Positions 1-6,864 of a stretch of DNA of 28,893 nucleotides are shown one piece after another (the first letter of the stretch is position 1; each line of letters opens with the position of its first letter). The stretch is taken from the IMG/VR virus record IMGVR_UViG_3300025103_000113, positions 1 through 28,893 of that record, one strand, 5' to 3'. The notes under the pieces were generated by a model. That model saw nothing but the letters and a program-made list of their open reading frames with translations. It made no database searches and was not told the DNA's origin. Source of the DNA: a virus. Its lineage: Duplodnaviria; Caudoviricetes. The translations under genes and the position numbers were made by a program.

Positions 1-164
1 CCACCATCTCCAACCTTAAGGACAATGGACGGCCACAAGATGCTGTATGTTACATGGAGAAGCTTGATGAGCCAGGGCGTGTTGGTGTGGGGCTTATGCT
101 AATGGCCATTAAGAACAAAGGACTTGACACTGTGAAGGCTGAACTTAATAGGGGCATAGAATGA
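1..164 (+). CDS. 3' end of a hypothetical phage protein (partial, runs off the window)
   Basis: Frame from nt 3 reads TISNLKDNGRPQDAVCYMEKLDEPGRVGVGLMLMAIKNKGLDTVKAELNRGIE* and ends in an ATGA overlap with the next gene's start at 161. Confidence 0.7.
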   Translation, partial: TISNLKDNGRPQDAVCYMEKLDEPGRVGVGLMLMAIKNKGLDTVKAELNRGIE

Positions 165-937
165 AACTGTTAGTTATACCAGATACACAAGTACGACAAG
201 GGGTTCCCATAGACCACATCAAGGCAGCTGGCAATTACATTGTTAAGCATAAGCCACATCACATTGTAGTCATGGGGGACTGGTGGGACATGCCCTCCCT
301 TAGTCGCTTCAACACCAACCTAGAGGCTGAAGGACAGAAGCTTAAGGCTGACCTAGATGCTGGTGAAGAGGCTATGATGGCACTTATGCTTCCCATGATT
401 AAGGATAATGGTAAGCGTAGGTTGCACAAGAAGAAAATATACAGACCTAAGCTGACATACATTGTAGGCAACCATGACCCACAAGTGAGGCTACCTAGAC
501 TTATAGAGGAACACCCAATACTTGAGGGCTTCCTTGAAGATAAGACTAATAGGTTTCTTGAGGGACTGGGGTGGGAGGTGGTGGACTTCCTGAAGATAAA
601 GAACATAGAGGGCATACGCTTCTCTCACTACATACAAAATCCACATAGTGTAAAGGGAGCACCACTAGGAGGTCAGATAGATACTATGCTTAAGAATGCA
701 GGACATAGTTTTATCATGGGGCATAGCCAAACGTACAAGATGGGGAAACACTTCCTGTCTGATGGTACACAAAGGCTAGGCATTGTAGCTGGAGCCTTCT
801 ATGACCATGAGGAGCGTTATCAAGGCCCACAGGGGAACAAACATTGGAGAGGCATAGTGCAGCTTAATGATGTGAAGGATGGGAGCGCTGACGTTTGTGA
901 GCTGTCTCTGGACTACTTGAAGAAGAAGTATTTATGA
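161..937 (+). CDS. Calcineurin-like metallophosphoesterase
   Basis: Motifs in order: IPDTQ, GDWWD, GNHD, FSHY, MGHSQ. ATGA overlaps at both ends. Confidence 0.9.
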   Translation: MKLLVIPDTQVRQGVPIDHIKAAGNYIVKHKPHHIVVMGDWWDMPSLSRFNTNLEAEGQKLKADLDAGEEAMMALMLPMIKDNGKRRLHKKKIYRPKLTYIVGNHDPQVRLPRLIEEHPILEGFLEDKTNRFLEGLGWEVVDFLKIKNIEGIRFSHYIQNPHSVKGAPLGGQIDTMLKNAGHSFIMGHSQTYKMGKHFLSDGTQRLGIVAGAFYDHEERYQGPQGNKHWRGIVQLNDVKDGSADVCELSLDYLKKKYL

Positions 938-1233
938 CAACTAAGAATCATGAATCCTACTCCTACTCACTGAATTGGATGGGGCCGATAAATAAAAAGT
1001 GGTGCGAAGAGCATGGCAACCACTGGTGTGTAGGTAGGATAGATATAAGGGGAGTCCCTGATGAGCCTTGGGGACTAGAGTATGGTGTACCATGTATGCA
1101 TAAGGGAGACTGGGCAAACTTTGCTACTTTCCTCAGAGGCTTAAACAACGGTGACGTTCTCTACACTAAGCGAGAGTTGTTTGAGATGTTTGAAACACTA
1201 CACGGAAAAATAAGGTGGAAAGATGACTACTAA
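934..1233 (+). CDS. Hypothetical protein (99 aa, Trp/Cys-rich); first 7 aa identical to those of the downstream PhoH
   Basis: ORF overlaps both neighbours; starts MTTKNHES vs PhoH MTTKNHEL. Confidence 0.8.
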   Translation: MTTKNHESYSYSLNWMGPINKKWCEEHGNHWCVGRIDIRGVPDEPWGLEYGVPCMHKGDWANFATFLRGLNNGDVLYTKRELFEMFETLHGKIRWKDDY

Positions 1234-1858
1234 AAATCATGAACTATACGACTTAGCACTAAGAGACAAAGCACTTATGCCAGTGATAGCCTATGGCTCA
1301 GCTGGTGTAGGGAAAACTTATGGTGCTGTAGGAGCTGCCATTGAATGGCTAGCTAAGGGGAAGGGACAGAAGGTGATGGTGACAAGACCTAACGTATCCT
1401 TTGCTAAGGAGAGTGGCTTCCTGCCCGGTACTGAACGAGAGAAGATTGATCCTTGGGTGAGGCCCATACAGCAGAACTTTGCTGCTCATGGTGTAGATGA
1501 GAAGAAGCAGGAGACGCTTGAGAAGTATAAGAGACTGACATACATGCCTCTTGAATTCATACAAGGCCTCACCTTTGACAACACCTTCATCATTGTAGAT
1601 GAGTGTCAGAACATGAGCTTTCAACAACTGAAAGTATTCCTAACCCGTACAGGTAAGTGGTCTAAGGTGGTGTTGTGTGGAGATGTAGCTCAGATAAGTC
1701 CTAAGTTCAAGGGCAGTGGACTGTCTGAACTACTAGAGATGATTGACTACTGTAGGATGAATGTACACACCGTAGAGTTTGGTAAGGCTGACATACTACG
1801 TAGTGATCAATGTAAAGCTTGGATAGAAGCGTTTGAACAATGGGAGTTAGCAGCATGA
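1223..1858 (+). CDS. phoH: PhoH-like ATPase
   Basis: Walker A GSAGVGKT, TRP, GFLPG..EK..PW, IQGLTFDN, Walker B IIVDECQN, GD..Q and ILRS motifs; SD AAGGTGG. Confidence 0.95.
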   Translation: MTTKNHELYDLALRDKALMPVIAYGSAGVGKTYGAVGAAIEWLAKGKGQKVMVTRPNVSFAKESGFLPGTEREKIDPWVRPIQQNFAAHGVDEKKQETLEKYKRLTYMPLEFIQGLTFDNTFIIVDECQNMSFQQLKVFLTRTGKWSKVVLCGDVAQISPKFKGSGLSELLEMIDYCRMNVHTVEFGKADILRSDQCKAWIEAFEQWELAA

Positions 1859-1893
1859 TAGACTATGCGGAAATGTACTCGGAGGTCAAATGA
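1855..1893 (+). CDS. Possible 12-codon coupling mini-ORF (MIDYAEMYSEVK)
   Basis: ATGA overlap with the phoH stop at its start and with the ClpP-like ATG at its end; GGGAG upstream. Confidence 0.35.
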   Translation: MIDYAEMYSEVK

Positions 1894-2447
1894 GCCTATA
1901 TTATAAAGACTATGTAAGAGCCAACCCTATTGGCATAACCTACCACTTCTTCATTCATGGGGAGGTGGGAGACAGTGAGGACTATGTTGACTTACTAGAC
2001 ACACTCTACAGTGCTACAGCTAACGACATAATCATCCTCCACTTAAACACTCCAGGTGGCTACCTGAACACTGCCATAGAAATCATCCATGCTATAGCAC
2101 AGACAGAAGCTACTGTTGTAGGCAGTGCTGATGGGCTAGTGGCTAGTGCTGGCAGCCTCTTGTTCTTTGCATGTCACAACTTCCTACTAGGGGAATTCTG
2201 TGAGGTGATGTTACATGATGGAAGTGGTGGTGAGTTTGGTAAGATTAATGAGAACTTGAAGTCAGCAGAGTTTACATCTAAGCGACTCTCTCACATCTAC
2301 CACACCATCTATGGACGGTTCTTCTCACAAGAACAAGTGGACAATGTACTAGATGGTAAAGACCTCTACTTAACAGCAGGGGATGTAGAGAAACTTATTG
2401 AGGTAGCTTTAGAAGAAGCTGAAGGGGAAAAAGATGAAGAAGGTTAG
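1890..2447 (+). CDS. ClpP-like (S14) serine protease
   Basis: LHLNTPGG, GLVASAGS (catalytic Ser), VMLHD (His), KDLYLTA (Asp); SD GGAGG. Confidence 0.85.
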   Translation: MSLYYKDYVRANPIGITYHFFIHGEVGDSEDYVDLLDTLYSATANDIIILHLNTPGGYLNTAIEIIHAIAQTEATVVGSADGLVASAGSLLFFACHNFLLGEFCEVMLHDGSGGEFGKINENLKSAEFTSKRLSHIYHTIYGRFFSQEQVDNVLDGKDLYLTAGDVEKLIEVALEEAEGEKDEEG

Positions 2448-2658
2448 TGTATTGTTAGGAGGGGCTAGTTGTGGCCCCTGTAAGCGTGTTAAGAGCTTCT
2501 TAGACGGGAGGGGTGTAGAGTATACATACATTGACATAGGCACCACAGAGGGGAAGGACTTGGCTAAAGACTGGTGTGTTAGATCTATACCTAGTATGTC
2601 TGTAGGAGGGGTTGTCCTCACTGGTGATAGTAAGATTATGGAGATGTTTAGTGAATAG
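2434..2658 (+). CDS. Glutaredoxin/thioredoxin-like reductant
   Basis: CGPC motif, VEYTYIDI and cis-Pro RSIP; 74 aa; directly upstream of the RNR. Confidence 0.9.
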   Translation: MKKVSVLLGGASCGPCKRVKSFLDGRGVEYTYIDIGTTEGKDLAKDWCVRSIPSMSVGGVVLTGDSKIMEMFSE

Positions 2659-3616
2659 AAGTAATAAAATATTAAGTGACGTAACCATCTTCAACAAGTA
2701 TGCTAAGTATGTTGAGGAGAAAGGACGAAGAGAGACATGGGAAGAGTTGGTAACACGTAACAAGGAGATGCACCAACGCTCCTATCCACAGATAGCAGAC
2801 CAGATAGAAGAGGCTTATAAGTATGTCTATGCAAAGAAAGTATTGCCATCTATGCGATCCCTACAATTCGGAGGTAGGCCCATTGAAGTGGCCAACAACC
2901 GAATCTATAACTGTGCCTTCTTGCCAATCGACCACATTGATGGATTCAGTGAGCTTATGTTCCTCCTCCTTGGAGGTACTGGAGGAGGCTACTCTGTGCA
3001 AAAGATATGGGTTGATAAACTTCCAACAGTTAAAGGAACTCTTCCTGAAGCTCGAAGATTTCTCATTGGAGACAGCATTGAGGGGTGGGCAGACGCAATT
3101 AAAGTCTTGGTTGAAGCACACTTCCTTGGAAAGCAGGAGCCTGTATTTGACTATCGAGACATTAGAGAGAAAGGTGCGGCCCTTATTACTACTGGAGGAA
3201 AAGCTCCGGGGCCAGCTCCACTAAAACATTGCATTGAAACATTAAAAGGAAAACTAGATGAAGCTAAAGGAAGACAACTACGCCCTATTGAAGTCCACGA
3301 CATCTGTTGTATTATTGCTGACGCTGTGCTTGCTGGCGGCATACGCAGGGCTGCGCTCATCTCCCTCTTTGACCGAGAGGATGCTGAAATGCTCCGCTGC
3401 AAGTCAGGCAACTGGTGGGAAGATAGCCCCTATCGGGCAAGAGCAAACAACTCAGTGGTTCTGCCAAGGGGTGAGGTTGCAAAGGAAGAATTCTACGAAC
3501 TAATGAAAGTGGTGGAGGCTAGTGGTGCTGGTGAACCGGGCATCTACTGGACTTCCAATGAGGAGTGGGGGACTAACCCTTGCTGTGAAATAGGTCTTAG
3601 ACCGTTCCAGTTCTGT
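2651..3616 (+). CDS. nrdJ: Class II (adenosylcobalamin-dependent) ribonucleotide reductase, exon 1
   Basis: GTG start at 2651 (MNRSNKILSD), KYAKY..RRETWEE, PSMRSLQFGG, NCAF, GGIRRAALI, GEPG, TNPCCEI; ends QFC at the 5' splice site. Confidence 0.92.
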
Positions 3617-3856
3617 TAATAATTAGCAGAAGTAAAACATGGTGAATTGCTGGGAAGCCTAAGTGGAAACATAAGGTAATCAGCAGCCAAGCTTAGAGGG
3701 CAACCTCTTTGAAGGTTCAACGACTAGGGAATACGGACTCTTTGAGTACATGAATCCCGTACAGATCAAGTGATCTGGAAGCGCCATGCCCCCTCTGACA
3801 CAGGGGTGATGATATAGTCTGGTCTATATGGAAACATATAGGATTGATTCTTTTGT

Positions 3857-3899
3857 AAAATAATTACCGGAAAAACTCAATATTTCTAGTATATAGTAG
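3857..3899 (+). promoter_or_regulatory. Putative late promoter inside the intron, driving the endonuclease
   Basis: TTACCG (3864-3869), 17-bp spacer, TAGTAT (3887-3892); 43/43 identical to the reverse complement of 26187-26229. Confidence 0.75.
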
Positions 3900-3943
3900 A
3901 AAGAGTTCTGTAACAGAGCTTTAATACAAAACTAGGAGAGAGT

Positions 3944-4387
3944 ATGAAAACTACAAGAGAAGGTAATAAGTTTAACGAGACACACAGAGAATGTACTAAG
4001 TGTGGAGAGTGGTTCGAGAGGATTGGGAAGGACACCATGAGGATTTGCAAGTCTTGCAACACAGAGCGAGTCAAGTGTAAGTCTCCTGAGTCTAAGATGT
4101 TAGCAAGAGCTAAGGCGAGAGCCAAGTCCAGAGGTATTGAGTTTGACCTTAGCTTGGATGACATCTACATCCCAGAGCTATGCCCCATCATGAACTTAAA
4201 GTTAGAAGTTCACAAAGGCAAGCTACAAAAGAACTCCCCCTCCCTAGATAGAAGAGACCCTGCAAGGGGCTACGTCAAGGGGAATGTGTGGGTGGTTAGC
4301 TCACTAGCCAACTCGATTAAAGGCCAAGCAACTCCAGAAGAGCTGTCCACCTTTATAAACTATTACATATCAATCGGCACAGCCTAA
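3944..4387 (+). CDS. Intron-encoded homing endonuclease (N-terminal zinc finger plus His-Me/HNH-like 'SLDR.D..GY..GNV' domain)
   Basis: CTKC...CKSC, CPI, SPSLDRRDPARGYVKGNVWVVSSLANSIK; SD AGGAG; lies in a loop closed by GATTGAT (3842-3848)/ATCAATC (4369-4375). Confidence 0.88.
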   Translation: MKTTREGNKFNETHRECTKCGEWFERIGKDTMRICKSCNTERVKCKSPESKMLARAKARAKSRGIEFDLSLDDIYIPELCPIMNLKLEVHKGKLQKNSPSLDRRDPARGYVKGNVWVVSSLANSIKGQATPEELSTFINYYISIGTA

Positions 4388-4409
4388 CGAACTGTGTTTA
4401 ACATAAACG

Positions 4410-5294
4410 AATTTATGCGAGTTAAATGCAGATGATGTAGAAGATCAACATGACTTGAATGCTAGAGCTAAGGCTGCAAGCCTCATAGGGACGCTACAAG
4501 CAGGCTATACAGACTTCCACTACCTCCGTCCAATCTGGAAAGAAACTACGTCCAAAGAGGCACTCATTGGTGTAGGGATGACTGGCATCGGCTCTGGTGC
4601 TGTACTTAAACTTAACTTACGGGAGGCTGCTGATGAAGTGGTTGAAGAAAACAAGCGGGTGGCTGCTCTTATTGGTATCAACCCTGCTGCTCGTACCACT
4701 ACTGTTAAGCCAAGCGGTACTAGCAGCCTTGTTGTGGGCAGTAGCTCAGGTGTTCATGCTTGGCATAATAGTTATTACATTAGAAGAATGAGGGTGGGGA
4801 AAGATGAAGCACTATATAGTTACATGGTTAAGGAAATGCCGGAGCTGGTGGAGGATGACGTGTTCAATCCTAAGGGAGCGGTATTGTCTTTTCCTCAGGC
4901 TGCTCCGAGAGGTGCTATACTCCGTACGGAATCCCCAGAATCTCTCCTCGACAGAGTTAGGTTATTTAATCTTGATTGGGTTCGCCATGGGCATGTGTCT
5001 GGGGACAACACTCATAATGTTAGCTGCACTATTAGTCTAAAGGATGATGAATGGGGAGGCTGCATTGACTGGATGTGGAGCAATAGAAATGAATATAACG
5101 GAATTAGTGTCCTTCCTTACGATGGTGGCTCCTATGTCCAAGCACCATTTGAAGACATTACAGAAGCTAGATACTATGAACTGGAAAGTTCCCTCACTGC
5201 AATTGACCTGTCGAAGGTCACAGAAGAGGTTGATAACACAGACCTATCTGGAGAAGCGGCATGTGCTGGAGGAGCTTGTGAGATAAGCTTCTAA
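4410..5294 (+). CDS. nrdJ: Class II ribonucleotide reductase, exon 2 (spliced product 616 aa)
   Basis: Begins NLCELNADD; IGVGMTGI, TTTVKPSGT, HNVSCTI, C-terminal redox pair ACAGGACEI. Confidence 0.92.
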   Translation, partial: NLCELNADDVEDQHDLNARAKAASLIGTLQAGYTDFHYLRPIWKETTSKEALIGVGMTGIGSGAVLKLNLREAADEVVEENKRVAALIGINPAARTTTVKPSGTSSLVVGSSSGVHAWHNSYYIRRMRVGKDEALYSYMVKEMPELVEDDVFNPKGAVLSFPQAAPRGAILRTESPESLLDRVRLFNLDWVRHGHVSGDNTHNVSCTISLKDDEWGGCIDWMWSNRNEYNGISVLPYDGGSYVQAPFEDITEARYYELESSLTAIDLSKVTEEVDNTDLSGEAACAGGACEISF

Positions 5295-5323
5295 TAGACG
5301 AACCTTCACTTTCCTTTGGACGT

Positions 5324-5357
5324 AAAAAAGGGGGAGGAGCCTTTCGACTCTTCCCCC
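5324..5357 (-). terminator. Intrinsic terminator between the convergent halves (clear for the late, - strand operon; possibly bidirectional)
   Basis: - strand reads GGGGGAAGAGTC-GAAA-GGCTCCTCCCCC-TTTTTT. Confidence 0.85.
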
Positions 5358-5361
5358 TGTG

Positions 5362-5661
5362 CTATCTAGCTGTTAACATTCTACTCAACCCATTCACTTC
5401 AGAATATATCCTATCTTGCCCTTCCTTCAGGTAGGACATGCTAACCTGACCTCTAGCAATTGCCTCTGCCATCCTGTGGAGTTCCTCATCCTGCCTCCTC
5501 TGTTCAATAGCCATCACCTCAACTACCTCTATAACATTAGCAAGCCTCTCATCTGCAACATCCATTTTGCTTTGAGTGGTAGTATATACACCTAAGAGCC
5601 CCCCAGACACAGCTATAACAGCTGTCCCCGCAGTTATCCAATCTGGCAGGTCAGATATCAT
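5362..5661 (-). CDS. Putative holin-like membrane protein
   Basis: One N-terminal hydrophobic segment (WITAGTAVIAVSGGLLGVY) plus a coiled-coil-like tail; coupled to the spanin gene; last gene of the late operon. Confidence 0.5.
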   Translation of the reverse strand: MISDLPDWITAGTAVIAVSGGLLGVYTTTQSKMDVADERLANVIEVVEVMAIEQRRQDEELHRMAEAIARGQVSMSYLKEGQDRIYSEVNGLSRMLTAR

Positions 5662-5978
5662 CTCCTACCCCTCTTAAACCAACTCTTAATTTCATTATAC
5701 ATCACCTGTGGAGCTGGTAGTAGCCAGCCCAATACTAACAACAACACTACCCAAGGGGGCATCTCCTCTACGTTAGTGGTGTTCACACCTCCTGTAATGC
5801 TCTCTGACACTACCTCAGACGTATCCCCCACCCTACCTACCACTGACTCTTCCTTGTCGCCTATGGTGGTGTCTACTTCTAAGCTAGGCCCACCCCCACT
5901 ATCAAACAACATCCCTGCTACATCAAGAGCTGAGCAAGACGCTAAGGTCAAGCTCAACAACAACACTAACACTTTCAT
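5658..5978 (-). CDS. Unimolecular spanin-like lipoprotein
   Basis: Signal peptide with lipobox LASC (Cys15, +2 Ser), C-terminal TM segment WVVLLLVLGWLLPAP, basic tail KRGRR; same architecture as T1 gp11. Confidence 0.75.
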   Translation of the reverse strand: MKVLVLLLSLTLASCSALDVAGMLFDSGGGPSLEVDTTIGDKEESVVGRVGDTSEVVSESITGGVNTTNVEEMPPWVVLLLVLGWLLPAPQVMYNEIKSWFKRGRR

Positions 5979-6175
5979 AAGTCCACCACTTGCAAGAAAG
6001 AAGCTAAGAAAGCCATCACTATCTCGTCCTCTTCTTCTATTTGTTTAAGGAGGCGTCTTCTCTTTCCAGACATTCCCCCACCACCAGCATACGGCTTCTC
6101 TACCTCTTCCTCCTCCGCAGGCCTATAGTAGCTTGAACTATAGTAGTTAGAAGAGTGGTAGTTACTGCCGTACAT
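5975..6175 (-). CDS. Small low-complexity protein (Tyr/Ser repeats, poly-Gly, acidic-hydrophobic C-terminus)
   Basis: ORF overlaps both neighbours; MYGSNYHSSNYYSSSYY...GGGG...EEEDEIVMAFL. Confidence 0.7.
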   Translation of the reverse strand: MYGSNYHSSNYYSSSYYRPAEEEEVEKPYAGGGGMSGKRRRLLKQIEEEDEIVMAFLASFLQVVDL

Positions 6176-6864
6176 TAACTCACATCCGTGATGATTGCTG
6201 TCCGTTGTCCGTTACTATCGACTGTAGCAGCTATCCTGTCCGTAGTGTCTGCTGCGTCTCTGAAGGTAACAGTGTTACCACTGACAGCCACCTTACCAGC
6301 AGCCTCTGCCCTAATTAGCTTAAGTTGCTGTTCAAAGGTTTCCCCATTTTCTATCACTTTAGCAAACAAGGCATCTACTATATTAGTTATATCTTGTGCT
6401 GTGAGGGTAGTGGCTCCAGAGCTTTCTATCGTAGCAGCATTAGTAGTTATTGTAAGAGACTCTTCGGCAGCTTCTACGTCAACATCTCTACCTATAGACG
6501 CTTGATTGGTTGTAATGGTCAGAGACTCTGTTGCCGCCTCTACTAGGGCACCTGCTGAAATACTGGCTGGGTATGTAGTTAATACCAGTTCTTCAGTAGT
6601 AGCTTGAGTGACCACGTTGCCTGGCACTGTCACTGCTGCTGGCCAGGTGACCATGTGCAGTGTTTCAGTTTTGGCAGGGACTTCGAGTAGTTCCGTCCCA
6701 TCAATTGTAGCTTGATGAGGGGTTAATGTAAGTAATTCTACCTCTGCTTGTCCTTCTAAGCTATCACTACTTAATACCTCTATAGTCTGACTATATTCTA
6801 ACGTCCTCCCGTCTGCAACAGTAAAATTAATTACTACTTCATGCGAGCCTGTAAGTAGTTTCAT
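6175..6864 (-). CDS. Putative fibre/appendage scaffold with five 22-24-aa repeats
   Basis: Repeats AxxExLxxxxxxAxI/V at aa 40, 64, 88, 110, 132; C-terminal AGKV..TVTFRDAADTTDRIAATVD..GQRT segment; late operon. Confidence 0.7.
   Translation of the reverse strand: MKLLTGSHEVVINFTVADGRTLEYSQTIEVLSSDSLEGQAEVELLTLTPHQATIDGTELLEVPAKTETLHMVTWPAAVTVPGNVVTQATTEELVLTTYPASISAGALVEAATESLTITTNQASIGRDVDVEAAEESLTITTNAATIESSGATTLTAQDITNIVDALFAKVIENGETFEQQLKLIRAEAAGKVAVSGNTVTFRDAADTTDRIAATVDSNGQRTAIITDVS

Larger units (their letters stand above)
3617..4409 (+). mobile_element. Group I self-splicing intron (IA2-like), 793 nt, in nrdJ
   Basis: P1 is TTCTGT|TAA paired with TTAGCAGAA, with a U3616.G3626 wobble at the splice site. 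Core elements: P (AATTGCTGGGAA), Q (AATCAGCAG), R (GTTCAACGACTA), S (GATATAGTC). P3 CATGGTG/CGCCATG; P7 GACTA/TAGTC; extra helix CAGATC-AAGT-GATCTG; P9 CTATATG-GAAA-CATATAG; terminal G4409. Splicing restores in-frame QFC|NLCE. Confidence 0.95.

Noticed and set aside
2612-2650. Upstream extension of the nrdJ ORF given in the track
   Set aside because: Lies inside the glutaredoxin gene; GTG at 2651 with GGAG upstream is the better start.
3857-3899. 43-bp repeat as an att site, CRISPR repeat or transposon end
   Set aside because: Only two copies, no integrase, transposase or spacer array in the window, and both copies sit upstream of genes in promoter orientation.
4455-5294. Independent 279-aa gene or nrdJ pseudogene
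   Set aside because: It is exon 2; the frame continues back to the 3' splice site at 4410.
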